From NCBI RefSeq assembly GCF_006345805.1, contig NC_042998.1, forward strand, positions 134,106,001 to 134,170,000: 64,000 nt of DNA, written 5' to 3'. The DNA is from Octopus sinensis. Taxonomy: Eukaryota. This document shows positions 37,801-53,920 of this stretch, piece by piece. Each line of letters starts with the position of its first letter. The first letter of the stretch is position 1. A model generated the notes under the pieces. The model ran no database searches and was not told the DNA's origin. It saw nothing but the letters and a program-made list of their open reading frames with translations. The position numbers and the translations under genes were made by a program.

Positions 37801-40800
37801 TCAGTCATGTAATGACGCGTATTGTATGCAAACAAGCAAATCACTATAAGTCCACCAACAGAAAGTAAAGAAGGAGATAGAAATGATATCGGGAGACAGC
37901 AAAATGAGGACACTCACTTTCAACTGATTACCTTCAAGCAGGAGCTAAAAGCTGTCAGTGAAAAATCTCTGACATCAGAAGAGAATAACCGAGAGAAGAA
38001 CAATAAACAAAAAAATTAACCGGAACCAGGCAGCAGTATACAGAGACATGAGAGGAGGAGCAGTGATTATCACAGAAGCTCCTTCACGAGAAGACACAGA
38101 CTTCTTCTGAAGGAAAATTTGGAGTGAAGAAGAGTTTAACGAAGATGCTCTGTGGATGGAAGAAATCCGAAGAAGTTATTGCTTCAAGACATACAACATT
38201 GACGGTGAAACTCTTGCAACTGTGATCCAGAAACTCCAAGATGGAAAAGCACCTGGAAAGGACTTGATTGTTGGATATTGGTACAAGAAGCTAACATTCT
38301 ATCGACCATTCTTATCAATCTCTAAAAGCAAGCTCCCATTTGGAACAGTGGCATACCACACTGGTTAGCTCTGTCAGAGACAAAATTGATCCCCAAATGC
38401 AGAACCACCCACATGGCAAAAAACTACCGGCCAGTTGCATGCCAGAACTTGGCGCATAAGAGTGACTGTATTATCAATGATAGAATACAGTATCGCAAAG
38501 ACATATTCCATGGGGACAGCCTCTTTGCGATGGTGTTTACACTTTCTCTAAATCTCTTGACATTCATGTTAAGGAAGTCTGAAAGATATCTCACTGGTTC
38601 ACAAGGAAGCAGAAATACCAAAATTACACACTGTTTCTTTGTGGATGACTTGAAACTTTATGCAAAGAATATACAGCTGAAAAAGAGCCTTGACCTAGTT
38701 ACAACGTTCTCAACGGATGTAGGGTTGGAGTTTGGTCAGGATAAATGTTGCTATGGGCTGGGGAAAGGGGGGGGACTATAAACCAGACTAGTAACATCTC
38801 CATAAATGATTTGACTGTTTCCTTTTTATCTGACGAGGAATGTTACAGGTATCTAGGTGTGGATGAAAATATATCTTACAATGGCACCTGTAACTAAACA
38901 CGTGTCACTAAAGAATATTACAACCGAATAAAGAAAATTTGAACCTCAGCACAATGTGTGTGCAGTGCTAGTACTCATACCAATATTGGGCTGCTTAACT
39001 TAGACGCTTGATGAGATCCAAGCCATTGATGTTAAAACCCGAAAAATTCTAACAAGCACACATAATTTCACATAAAGAGTGACGTAGACCGCCTATACCT
39101 AAAACGAAAACAACGCGGCAGAGGTTTAACATCGATCTAAAATACCTTGAATGTTGTATCACATCCCTTCGGCAACATCTTTTAACCACCAAGTGTCGAG
39201 CGCATCCCTTGACCAAGTTTGCATACATGAGGCTGATAACATCATAAGACTCGGAAGGCAGCTCCTTGGGCAACATTCTTTGTCTGATACCTAGAGTACC
39301 TGCCCAAAGAAGTTGCACGACTCTACTGCAATGTATCATCATATGAAAGAATGAGCCTATAAGAGCAGAAGACTATGCATGGATATGTTAGTAGAAAGCT
39401 CCGAGATGATAATAACATCGATCATCAAAGCAGTTTATCATGGACCAATAGCCGATTACTACGTCCCATTTTAAGGGTATGTGTTTGCAATCCAGGAACA
39501 GAATTATCAACCAAGTACTTGATGCACAAAAGAATAGAGACACAGGAAAAGCAATAAAATGTGACAACCGATGCAAACTTTGTGGAGTTAACACCGAAGA
39601 TATCACCCACATCATAAGTAGTTGTCCGAAAATGTCATCGCGGTGTTATCTACTGATGAGACATGACGTTGTAGCTAGGACACTCTATAATGAAATCTGT
39701 CGAAAGGATAATCCTGAGGACAAAGAAATAAAAACCACAGTAGGCTAGAAGGAGTATTGGTGAAATATCCCAGTGAAGACCTCAATAAAATGTAAGCACA
39801 AGAGACCTGGTATAATGATTTGGGATTGAGAAGAGAAACTGTGCACAGTTGTGGAAATTAGCTGCTCTGCGAATGTTAACATAAAGCTGAAGATCAGTGA
39901 AAAAGAGAACACATATTCTGAGCTATTGAGAGATCTACATTTACTTTATCCAGATTAAAAGTTCAGGTTATACCTGTAACTATTGGGTTCCTGAGATACG
40001 TAACCCACTGCCAAAATACCAGTCTTGAGAAATTAGGCTTCTCAAAACCAGAAAGAACTCAATTCGAATACTACAGATCCTATCCATCACTGGAACTGTA
40101 AAAATCTGTAAAAATTTCCAGAAGTTTATTATTTAAATATATATGAGCATGTCTAGATATGTAACTATATGCATGAGAATACATACATAAAACAAAACCT
40201 AAAAATCTGCACACATACATACATACATACATACATACATACATACATACATACATACATACATACATACATACATACATACATACATACATACATACAC
40301 ATAGTAGTAAAAAAAACTACCAGACGGTATTAAAAGCTGTTATTGAAACTGGTGATGAGTATTTACAGCAGTGTGATGAGCCTACATTCTGGTAGATTAA
40401 CGCCTGTCTATAAGCTCTGGCTACCACTGCAAAGCAGTACATGAATGACATTCAAAAAGTAAACAAACCCGAAACAACAAAAAAAGTACCATTATGGGTT
40501 TTGAGGACAGAGAAAAAGATAACTGGTTTACGGAAACCATCAGTCATGTAATGACGCGTATTGTATGCAAACAAGCAAATCACTATAAGTCCACCAACAG
40601 AAAGTAAAGAAGGAGATAGAAATGATATCGGGAGACAGCAAAATGAGGACACTCACTTTCAAACTGATTACCTTCAAGCAGGAGCTAACAGCTGTCAGTG
40701 AAAAATCTCTGACATCAGAAGAGAATAACCGAGAGAAGAACAATAAACAAAAAATTTAACCGGAACCAGGCAGCAGTATACAGAGACATGAGAGGAGGAG

Positions 40801-43800
40801 CAGTGAATATCACAGAAGCTCCTTCACGAAAAGACACAGACTTCTTCTGAAGGAAAATCTGGAATGAAGAAGAGTTTAACGAAGATGCTCTGTGGTTGGA
40901 AGAAATCCGAAGAAGTTATTGCTTCAAGACATACAACATTGATGGTGAAACTCTTGCAACTGTGATCCAGAAACTCCAAGATGGAAAAGCACCTGGAAAG
41001 GACTTGATTGTTGGATATTGGTACAAGAAGCTAACATTCTATCGACCATATCTTATCAATCTCTAAAAGCAAGCTCCCATTTGGAACAGTGGCATACCAC
41101 ACTGGTTAGCTCTGGCAGAGACAAAATTGATCCCCAAATGCAGAACCACCCACATGGCAAAAAACTACCGGCCAGTTGCATGCCAGAACTTGATGTATAA
41201 GAGTGACTGTATTATCGATGATAGATACAGTATCGCAAGACATATTCCATGGGGACAGCCTCTCTGTGATGGTGTTTACACTTTCTCTAAATCTCTTGAC
41301 ATTCATGTTAAGGAAGTCTGAAAGATATCTCACTGGTTCACAAGGAAGCAGAAATACCAAAATTACACACTGTTTCTTTGTGGATGACTTGAAACTTTAT
41401 GCAAAGAATATACAGCTGAAAAAGAGCCTTGACCTAGTTACAACGTTCTCAACGGATGTAGGGTTGGAGTTTGGTCAGGATAAATGTGGCTGTGGAAAGG
41501 GGGGAAACTATAACCAGACTAGTAACATCTCCATAAATGATTTGACTGTTTCCCTTTTATCTGACGAGGAATGTTACAGGTATCTAGGGGTGGATGAAAA
41601 TATATCTTACAATGGCATCTGTAACAAAACACGTGTCACTAAAGAATAGTACAACCGAATAAAGAAAAATTGAACCTCAGAACAATGTGTTTGCATTGCT
41701 AGTACTCATACCAATATTTGGGCTGCTTAACTTAGACGCTTGATGAGATCCAAGCCATTGATGTTAAAACCCGAAAAATTCTAACAAGCACACATAATTT
41801 CAACATAAAGAGTGACGTAGACCGCCTATACCTAAAACGAAAACAACGCGGCAGAGGTTTAACATCGATCTAAAATACCCTTGAATGTTGTATCACATCC
41901 CTTCGGCAACATCTTTTAACCACCAAGTGTTGAAGCGCATCCCTTGACCAAGTTTGCATACATGAAGCTAATAACATCATAAGACTCGGAAGGCAGCTCC
42001 TTGAGCAACATTCTTTGTCTGATAACCTAGAGTACCTGCCCAAAGAAGTTGCACGACTCTACTGCAATGTATCATCATATGAAAGAATGAGCCTATAAGA
42101 GCAGAAGACTATGCATGGATATGTTAGTAGAAAGCTCCGAGATGATAATAACATCGATCATCAAAGCAGTTTATCATGGACCAATAGCCGGATTACTACG
42201 TCCCATTTTAAAGGGTATGTGTTTGCAATCCAGGAACAGAAATATCAGCCAAGTACTTGATGCACAAAAGAATAGAGACACAGGAAAAGCAATAAAATGT
42301 GACAACCGATGCAAACTTTGTGGAGTTAACACCGAAGATATCACCCACATCATAAGTAGTTGTCCGAAAATGTCATCGCGGTGTTATCTACTGATGAGAC
42401 ATGACGTTGTAGCTAGGACACTCTATAATGAAATCTGTCGAAAGGATAATCCTGAGGACAAAGAAATAAAAACCACAGTAGGCTAGAAGGAGTATTGGTG
42501 AAATATCCCAGTGAAGACCTCAATAAAATGTAAGCACAAGAGACCTGGTATAATGATTTGGGATTGAGAAGAGAAACTGTGCACAGTTGTGGAAATTAGC
42601 TGCTCTGCGAATGTTAACATAAAGCTGAAGATCAGTGAAAAAGAACACATATTCTGAGCTATTGAGAGATCTACATTTACTTTATCCAGATTAAAAGTTC
42701 AGGTTTATACCTGTAACTATTGGGTTCCTGAGATACGTAACCCACTGCCAAAATACCAGTCTTGAGAAATTAGGCTTCTCAAAACCAGAAAGAACTCAAT
42801 TCGAATACTACAGATCCTATCCATCACTGGAACTGTAAAAATCTGTAAAAATTTCCAGAAGTTTATTATTTAAATATATATGAGCATGTCTAGATATGTA
42901 ACTATATGCATGAGAATACATACATAAAACAAAACCTAAAAATCTGCACACATACATACATACATACATACATACATACATACATACATACATACATACA
43001 TACACATAGTAAGTAAAAAAAAACTACCAGACGGTATTAAAAGCTGTTATTGAAACTGGTGATGAGTATTTACAGCAGTGTGATGAGACTACATTCTGGT
43101 AGATTAACGCCTGTCTATAAGCTCTGGCTACCACTGCAAAGCAGTACATGAATGACATTCAAAAAGTAAACAAACCCGAAACAACAAAAAAAAGTACCAT
43201 TATGGGTTTTGAGGACAGAGAAAAAGATAACTGGTTTACGGAAGACCATCAGTCATGTAATGACGCGTATTGTATGCAAACAAGCAAATCACTATAAGTC
43301 CACCAACAGAAAGTAAAGAAGGAGATAGAAATGATATCGGGAGACAGCAAAATGAGGACACTCACTTTCAAACTGATTACCTTCAAGCAGGAGCTAAAAG
43401 CTGTCAGTGAAAAATCTCTGACATCAGAAGAGAATAACCGAGAGAAGAACAATAAACAAAAAATTTAACCGGAACCAGGCAGCAGTATACAGAGACATGA
43501 GAGGAGGAGCAGTGAATATCACAGAAGCTCCTTCACGAGAAGACACAGACTTCTTCTGAGGGAAAATCTGGAATGAAGAAGAGTTTAACGAAGATGCTCT
43601 GTGGATGGAAGAAATCCGAAGAAGTTATTGCTTCAAGACATACAACATTGATGGTGAAACTCTTGCAACTGTGATCCAGAAACTCCAAGATGGAAAAGCA
43701 CCTGGAAAGGACTTGATTGTTGGATATTGGTACAAGAAGCTAACATTCTATCGACCATATCTTATCAATCTCTAAAAGCAAGCTCCCATTTGGAACAATG

Positions 43801-46800
43801 GCATACCACACTGGTTAGCTCTGGCAGAGACAAAATTGATCCCCAAATGCAGAACCACCCACATGGCAAAAAACTACCGGCCAGTTGCATGCCAGAACTT
43901 GATGTATAAGAGTGACTGTATTATCGATGATAGAATACAGTATCGCAAAGACATATTCCATGGGGACAGCCTCTCTGTGATGGTGTTTACACTTTCTCTA
44001 AATCTCTTGACATTCATGTTAAGGAAGTCTGAAAGATATCTCACTGGTTCACAAGGAAGCAAATACCAAAATTACACACTGTTTCTTTGTGGATGACTTG
44101 AAACTTTATGCAAAGAATATACAGCTGAAAAAGAGCCTTGACCTAGTTACAACGTAGGGTTGGAGTTTGGTCAGGATAAATGTTGCTATGGGCTGTGGAA
44201 AGGGGGGGGACTATAAACCAGACTAGTAACATCTCCATAAATGATTTGACTGTTTCCTTTTTATCTGACGAGGAATGTTACAGGTATCTAGGTGTGGATG
44301 AAAATATATCTTACAATGGCACCTGTAACTAAACACGTGTCACTAAAGAATATTACAACCGAATAAAGAAAATTTGAACCTCAGAACAATGTGTGTGCAG
44401 TGCTATTGCTAGTACTCATACCAATATTTGGGCTGCTTAACTTAGACGCTTGATGAGATCCAAGCCATTGATGTTAAAACCCGAAAAATTCTAACAAGCA
44501 CACATAATTTCAACATAAAGAGTGACGTAGACCGCCTATACCTAAAACGAAAACAACGCGGCAGAGGTTTAACATCGATCTAAAATACCCTTGAATGTTG
44601 TATCACATCCCTTCGGCAACATCTTTTAACCACCAAGTGTCGAAGCGCATCCCTTGACCAAGTTTGCATACATGAGGCTGATAACATCATAAGACTCGGA
44701 AGGCAGCTCCTTGGGCAACATTCTTTGTCTGATAACCTAGAGTACCTGCCAAAGAAGTTGCACGACTCTACTGCAATGTATCATCATATGAAAGAATGAG
44801 CCTATAAGAGCAGAAGACTATGCATGGATATGTTAGTAGAAAGCTCCGAGATGATAATAACATCGATCATCAAAGCAGTTTATCATGGACCAATAGCCGG
44901 ATTACTACGTCCCATTTTAAAGGTATGTGTTTGCAATCCAGAACAGAATTATCAACCAAGTACTTGATGCACAAAAGAATAGAGACACAGGAAAAGCAAT
45001 AAAATGTGACAACCGATGCAAACTTTGTGGAGTTAACACCGAAGATATCACCCACATCATAAGTAGTTGTCCGAAAATGTCATCGCGGTGTTATCTACTG
45101 ATGAGACATGACGTTGTAGCTAGGACACTCTATAATGAAATCTGTCGAAAGGATAATCCTGAAGACAAAGAAATAAAAACCACAGTAGGCTAGAAGGAGT
45201 ACTGGTGAAATATCCCAGTGAAGACCTCAATAAAATGTAAGCACAAGAGACCTGGTATAATGATTTGGGATAGAGAAGAGTAACTGCACAGTTGTGGAAA
45301 TTAGCTGCCCTGCGAATGTTAACATAAAGCTGAAGATCAGTGAAAAAGAGAACACATATTCTGAACTATTGAGAGATCTACAGTTACTTTATCCAGATTA
45401 AAAGTTCAGGTTTATACCTGTAACTATTGGGTTCCTGAGATACGTAACCCACTGCCAAAATACCAGTCTTGAGAAATTAGGCTTCTCAAAACCAGAAAGA
45501 ACTCAATTCGAATACTACAGATCCAATCCATCACTGGAACTGTAGAAATCTGTAAATATTTCCAGAAGTTTATTATTTAAATATATATGAGCATGTCTAG
45601 ATATGTAACTATATGCATGAGAATACATACATAAAACAAAACCTAAAAATCTGCACACATACATACATACAACATACATACATACATACATACATATATA
45701 CATACATACATACATACATACATACATACATACATACATACATACAAACATACATACACATAGTAAGTAAAAAAAACTACCAGACACAGTATTAAAAGCT
45801 GTTAATGAAACTGGTGATGAGTATTTACAGCAGTGTGATGAGCCTACATTCTGGTAGATTAACGCCTGTCTATAAGCTCTGGCTACCACTGCAAAGCAGT
45901 ACATGAATGACATTCAAAAAGTAAACAAACCGGAAACAACAAAAAAAAGTACCATTATGGGTTTTGAAGACAGAGAAAAAGATAACTGGTTTACGGAAGA
46001 CCATCAGTCATGTAATGACACGTATTGTATGCAAACAAGCAAATCACTATACGTCCACCAACAGAAAGTAAAGAAGGAGATAGAAATGATATCGGGAGAC
46101 AGAAAAATGAGGACACTCACTTTCAAACTGATTACCTTCAAGCAGGAGCTAAAAGCTGTCTGTGAAAAATCTCTGACATCAGAAGAGAATAACCGAGAGA
46201 AGAACAATAAACAAAAAATTTAACCGGAACCAGGCAGCAGTATACAGAGACATGAGAGGAGGAGCAGTGATTATCACAGAAGCTCCTTCACGAGAAGACA
46301 CAGACTTCTTCTGAAGGAAAATTTGGAGTGAAGAAAAGTTTAACCAAGATGCTCTGTGGATGGAAGAAATCCGAAGAAGTTATTGCTTCAAGACATACAA
46401 CATTGACGGTGAAACTCTTGCAACTGTGATCCAGAAACTCCAAGATGGAAAAGCACCTGGAAAGGACTTGATTGTTGGATATTGGTACAAGAAGCTAACA
46501 TTCTATCGACCATATCTTATCAATCTCTAAAAGCAAGCTCCCATTTGGAACAGTGGCATACCACACTGGTTAGCTCTGTCAGAGACAAAATTGATCCCCA
46601 AATGCAGAACCACCCACATGGCAAAAAACTACCGGCCAGTTGCATGCCAGAACTTGGCGCATAAGAGTGACTGTATTATCAATGATAGAATACAGTATCG
46701 CAAAGACATATTCCATGGGGACAGCCTCTTTGCGATGGTGTTTACACTTTCTCTAAATCTCTTGACATTCATGTTAAGAAAGTCTGAAAGATATCTCACT

Positions 46801-49800
46801 GGTTCACAAGGAAGCAGAAATACCAAAATTACACACTGTTTCTTTGTGGATGACTTGAAACTTTATGCAAAGATATACAGCTGAAAAAGAGCCTTGACCT
46901 AGTTACAACGTTCTCAACGGATGTAGGGTTGGAGTTTGGTCAGGATAAATGTTGCTATGGGCTGTGGAAAGGGGGGAGGGGACTATAAACCAGACTAGTA
47001 ACATCTCCATAAATGATTTGACTGTTTCCTTTTTATCTGACGAGGAATGTACAGGTATCTAGGTGTGGATGAAAATATATCTTACAATGGCACCTGTAAC
47101 TAAACACGTGTCACTAAAGAATATTACAACCGAATAAAGAAAATTTGAACCTCAGCACAATGTGTGTGCAGTGCTAGTACTCATACCAATATTTGGGCTG
47201 CTTAACTTAGACGCTTGATGAGATCCAAGCCATTGATGTTAAAACCCGAAAAATTCTAACAAGCACACATAATTTCAACATAAAGAGTGACGTAGACCGC
47301 CTATACCTAAAACGAAAACAACGCGGCAGAGGTTTAACATCGATCTAAAATACCCTTGAATGTTGTATCACATCCCTTCGGCAACATCTTTTAACCACCA
47401 AGTGTCGAAGCGCATCCCTGACCAAGTTTGCATACATGAGGCTGATAACATCATAAGACTCGGAAGGCAGCTCCTTGGGCAACATTCTTTGTCTGATACC
47501 TAGAGTACCTGCCCAAAGAAGTTGCACGACTCTACTGCAATGTATCATCATATGAAAGAATGAGCCTATAAGAGCAGAAGACTATGCATGGATATGTTAG
47601 TAGAAAGCTCCGAGATGATAATAACATCGATCATCAAAGCAGTTTATCATGGACCAATAGCCGGATTACTACGTCCCATTTTAAAGGGTATGTGTTTGCA
47701 ATCCAGGAACAGAATTATCAACCAAGTACTTGATGCACAAAAGATAGAGACACAGGAAAAGCAATAAAATGTGACAACCGATGCAAACTTTGTGGAGTTA
47801 ACACCGAAGATATCACCACATCATAAGTAGTTGTCCGAAAATGTCATCGCGGTGTTATCTACTGATGAGACATGACGTTGTAGCTAGGACACTCTATAAT
47901 GAAATCTGTCGAAAGGATAATCCTGAGGACAAAGAAATAAAAACCACAGTAGGCTAGAAGGAGTATTGGTGAAATATCCCAGTGAAGACCTCAATAAAAT
48001 GTAAGCACAAGAGACCTGGTATAATGATTTGGGATTGAGAAGAGAACTGTGCACAGTTGTGGAAATTAGCTGCTCTGCGAATGTTAACATAAAGCTGAAG
48101 ATCAGTGAAAAAGAGAACACATATTCTGAGCTATTGAGAGATCTACATTTACTTTATCCAGATTAAAAGTTCAGGTTTATACCTGTAACTATTGGGTTCC
48201 TGAGATACGTAACCCACTGCCAAAATACCAGTCTTGAGAAATTAGGCTTCTCAAAACCAGAAAGAACTCAATTCGAATACTACAGATCCTATCCATCACT
48301 GGAACTGTAAAAATCTGTAAAAATTTCCAGAAGTTTATTATTTAAATATATATGAGCATGTCTAGATATGTAACTATATGCATGAGAATACATACATAAA
48401 ACAAAACCTAAAAATCTGCACACATACATACATACATACATACATACATACATACATACATACATACATACATACATACATACATACATACATACATACA
48501 TACATACACATAGTAAGTAAAAAAAAACTACCAGACGGTATTAAAAGCTGTTATTGAAACTGGTGATGAGTATTTACAGCAGTGTGATGAGCCTACATTC
48601 TGGTAGATTAACGCCTGTCTATAAGCTCTGGCTACCACTGCAAAGCAGTACATGAATGACATTCAAAAAGTAAACAAACCCGAAACAACAAAAAAAAGTA
48701 CCATTATGGGTTTTGAGGACAGAGAAAAAGATAACTGGTTTACGGAAGACCATCAGTCATGTAATGACGCGTATTGTATGCAAACAAGCAAATCACTATA
48801 AGTCCACCAACAGAAAGTAAAGAAGGAGATAGAAATGATATCGGGAGACAGCAAAATGAGGACACTCACTTTCAAACTGATTACCTTCAAGCAGGAGCTA
48901 AAAGCTGTCAGTGAAAAATCTCTGACATCAGAAGAGAATAACCGAGAGAAGAACAATAAACAAAAAAATTAACCGGAACCAGGCAGCAGTATACAGAGAC
49001 ATGAGAGGAGGAGCAGTGATTATCACAGAAGCTCCTTCACGAAAAGACACAGACTTCTTCTGAAGGAAAATCTGGAATGAAGAAGAGTTTAACGAAGATG
49101 CTCTGTGGTTGGAAGAAATCCGAAGAAGTTATTGCTTCAAGACATACAACATTGATGGTGAAACTCTTGCAACTGTGATCCAGAAACTCCAAGATGGAAA
49201 AGCACCTGGAAAGGACTTGATTGTTGGATATTGGTACAAGAAGCTAACATTCTATCGACCATATCTTATCAATCTCTAAAAGCAAGCTCCCATTTGGAAC
49301 AGTGGCATACCACACTGGTTAGCTCTGGCAGAGACAAAATTGATCCCCAAATGCAGACCACCCACATGGCAAAAAACTACCGGCCAGTTGCATGCCAGAA
49401 CTTGATGTATAAGAGTGACTGTATTATCGATGATAGAATACAGTATCGCAAAGACATATTCCATGGGGACAGCCTCTCTGTGATGGTGTTTACACTTTCT
49501 CTAAATCTCTTGACATTCATGTTAAGGAAGTCTGAAAGATATCTCACTGGTTCACAAGGAAGCAGAAATACCAAAATTACACACTGTTTCTTTGTGGATG
49601 ACTTGAAACTTTATGCAAAGAATATACAGCTGAAAAAGAGCCTTGACCTAGTTACAACGTTCTCAACGGATGTAGGGTTGGAGTTTGGTCAGGATAAATG
49701 TGGCTGTGGAAAGGGGGGAAACTATAACCAGACTAGTAACATCTCCATAAATGATTTGACTGTTTCCCTTTTATCTGACGAGGAATGTTACAGGTATCTA

Positions 49801-52800
49801 GGGGTGGATGAAAATATATCTTACAATGGCATCTGTAACAAAACACGTGTCACTAAAGAATAGTACAACCGAATAAAGAAAAATTGAACCTCAGAACAAT
49901 GTGTTGCATTGCTAGTACTCATACCAATATTTGGGCTGCTTAACTTAGACGCTTGATGAGATCCAAGCCATTGATGTTAAAACCCGAAAAATTCTAACAA
50001 GCACACATAATTCAACATAAAGAGTGACGTAGACCGCCTATACCTAAAACGAAAACAACGCGGCAGAGGTTTAACATCGATCTAAAATACCCTTGAATGT
50101 TGTATCACATCCCTTCGGCAACATCTTTTAACCACCAAGTGTTGAAGCGCATCCCTTGACCAAGTTTGCATACATGAAGCTAATAACATCATAAGACTCG
50201 GAAGGCAGCTCCTTGAGCAACATTCTTTGTCTGATAACCTAGAGTACCTGCCCAAAGAAGTTGCACGACTCTACTGCAATGTATCATCATATGAAAGAAT
50301 GAGCCTATAAGAGCAGAAGACTATGCATGGATATGTTAGTAGAAAGCTCCGAGATGATAATAACATCGATCATCAAAGCAGTTTATCATGGACCAATAGC
50401 CGGATTACTACGTCCCATTTTAAAGGGTATGTGTTTGCAATCCAGGAACAGAAATATCAGCCAAGTACTTGATGCACAAAAGAATAGAGACACAGGAAAA
50501 GCAATAAAATGTGACAACCGATGCAAACTTTGTGGAGTTAACACCGAAGATATCACCCACATCATAAGTAGTTGTCCGAAAATGTCATCGCGGTGTTATC
50601 TACTGATGAGACATGACGTTGTAGCTAGGACACTCTATAATGAAATCTGTCGAAAGGATAATCCTGAGGACAAAGAAATAAAAACCACAGTAGGCTAGAA
50701 GGAGTATGGTGAAATATCCCAGTGAAGACCTCAATAAAATGTAAGCACAAGAGACCTGGTATAATGATTTGGGATTGAGAAGAGAAACTGTGCACAGTTG
50801 TGGAAATTAGCTGCTCTGCGAATGTTAACATAAAGCTGAAGATCAGTGAAAAAGAGAACACATATTCTGAGCTATTGAGAGATCTACATTTACTTTATCC
50901 AGATTAAAAGTTCAGGTTTATACCTGTAACTATTGGGTTCCTGAGATACGTAACCCACTGCCAAAATACCAGTCTTGAGAAATTAGGCTTCTCAAAACCA
51001 GAAAGAACTCAATTCGAATACTACAGATCCTATCCATCACTGGAACTGTAAAAATCTGTAAAAATTTCCAGAAGTTTATTATTTAAATATATATGAGCAT
51101 GTCTAGATATGTAACTATATGCATGAGAATACATACATAAAACAAAACCTAAAAATCTGCACACATACATACATACATACATACATACATACATACATAC
51201 ATACATACATACATACATACACATAGTAAGTAAAAAAAAACTACCAGACGGTATTAAAAGCTGTTATTGAAACTGGTGATGAGTATTTACAGCAGTGTGA
51301 TGAGACTACATTCTGGTAGATTAACGCCTGTCTATAAGCTCTGGCTACCACTGCAAAGCAGTACATGAATGACATTCAAAAAGTAAACAAACCCGAAACA
51401 ACAAAAAAAAGTACCATTATGGGTTTTGAGGACAGAGAAAAAGATAACTGGTTTACGGAAGACCATCAGTCATGTAATGACGCGTATTGTATGCAAACAA
51501 GCAAATCACTATAAGTCCACCAACAGAAAGTAAAGAAGGAGATAGAAATGATATCGGGAGACAGCAAAATGAGGACACTCACTTTCAAACTGATTACCTT
51601 CAAGCAGGAGCTAAAAGCTGTCAGTGAAAAATCTCTGACATCAGAAGAGAATAACCGAGAGAAGAACAATAAACAAAAAATTTAACCGGAACCAGGCAGC
51701 AGTATACAGAGACATGAGAGAGGAGGAGCAGTGATATCACAGAAGCTCCTTCACGAGAAGACACAGACTTCTTCTGAGGGAAAATCTGGAATGAAGAAGA
51801 GTTTAACGAAGATGCTCTGTGGATGGAAGAAATCCGAAGAAGTTATTGCTTCAAGACATACAACATTGATGGTGAAACTCTTGCAACTGTGATCCAGAAA
51901 CTCCAGATGGAAAAGCACCTGGAAAGGACTTGATTGTTGGATATTGGTACAAGAAGCTAACATTCTATCGACCATATCTTATCAATCTCTAAAAGCAAGC
52001 TCCCATTTGGAACAATGGCATACCACACTGGTTAGTTAGCTCTGGCAGAGACAAAATTGATCCCCAAATGCAGAACCACCCACATGGCAAAAAACTACCG
52101 GCCAGTTGCATGCCAGAACTTGATGTATAAGAGTGACTGTATTATCGATGATAGAATACAGTATCGCAAAGACATATTCCATGGGGACAGCCTCTCTGTG
52201 ATGGTGTTTACACTTTCTCTAAATCTCTTGACATTCATGTTAAGGAAGTCTGAAAGATATCTCACTGGTTCACAAGGAAGCAGAAATACCAAAATTACAC
52301 ACTGTTTCTTTGTGGATGACTTGAAACTTTATGCAAAGAATATACAGCTGAAAAAGAGCCTTGACCTAGTTACAACGTAGGGTTGGAGTTTGGTCAGGAT
52401 AAATGTTGCTATGGGCTGTGGAAAGGGGGGGGACTATAAACCAGACTAGTAACATCTCCATAAATGATTTGACTGTTTCCTTTTTATCTGACGAGGAATG
52501 TTACAGGTATCTAGGTGTGGATGAAAATATATCTTACAATGGCACCTGTAACTAAACACGTGTCACTAAAGAATATTACAACCGAATAAAGAAAATTTGA
52601 ACCTCAGAACAATGTGTGTGCAGTGCTAGTACTCATACCAATATTTGGGCTGCTTAACTTAGACGCTTGATGAGATCCAAGCCATTGATGTTAAAACCCG
52701 AAAAATTCTAACAAGCACACATAATTTCAACATAAAGAGTGACGTAGACCGCCTATACCTAAAACGAAAACAACGCGGCAGAGGTTTAACATCGATCTAA

Positions 52801-53886
52801 AATACCCTTGAATGTTGTATCACATCCCTTCGGCAACATCTTTTAACCACCAAGTGTCGAAGCGCATCCCTTGACCAAGTTTGCATACATGAGGCTGATA
52901 ACATCATAAGACTCGGAAGGCAGCTCCTTGGGCAACATTCTTTGTCTGATAACCTAGAGTACCTGCCCAAAGAAGTTGCACGACTCTACTGCAATGTATC
53001 ATCATATGAAAGAATGAGCCTATAAGAGCAGAAGACTATGCATGGATATGTTAGTAGAAAGCTCCGAGATGATAATAACATCGATCATCAAAGCAGTTTA
53101 TCATGGACCAATAGCCGGATTACTACGTCCCATTTTAAAGGGTATGTGTTTGCAATCCAGGAACAGAATTATCAACCAAGTACTTGATGCACAAAAGAAT
53201 AGAGACACAGGAAAAGCAATAAAATGTGACAACCGATGCAAACTTTGTGGAGTTAACACCGAAGATATCACCCACATCATAAGTAGTTGTCCGAAAATGT
53301 CATCGCGGTGTTATCTACTGATGAGACATGACGTTGTAGCTAGGACACTCTATAATGAAATCTGTCGAAAGGATAATCCTGAAGACAAAGAAATAAAAAC
53401 CACAGTAGGCTAGAAGGAGTACTGGTGAAATATCCCAGTGAAGACCTCAATAAAATGTAAGCACAAGAGACCTGGTATAATGATTTGGGATAGAGAAGAG
53501 TAACTGCACAGTTGTGGAAATTAGCTGCCCTGCGAATGTTAACATAAAGCTGAAGATCAGTGAAAAAGAGAACACATATTCTGAACTATTGAGAGATCTA
53601 CAGTTACTTATCCAGATTAAAAGTTCAGGTTTATACCTGTAACTATTGGGTTCCTGAGATACGTAACCCACTGCCAAAATACCAGTCTTGAGAAATTAGG
53701 CTTCTCAAAACCAGAAAGAACTCAATTCGAATACTACAGATCCAATCCATCACTGGAACTGTAGAAATCTGTAAATATTTCCAGAAGTTTATTATTTAAA
53801 TATATATGAGCATGTCTAGATATGTAACTATATGCATGAGAATACATACATAAAACAAAACCTAAAAATCTGCACACATACATACA

Positions 53887-53920
<34 letters not shown>

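Noticed and set aside
49231-49863. 210-aa RT-like ORF as a functional reverse transcriptase
   Set aside because: Large internal deletions remove RT subdomains, the YxDD equivalent is FVDD flanked by stops and frameshifts, and the RLE PD motif reads PG in all seven units (HNRPD is intact only in the 24/30-kb copies).
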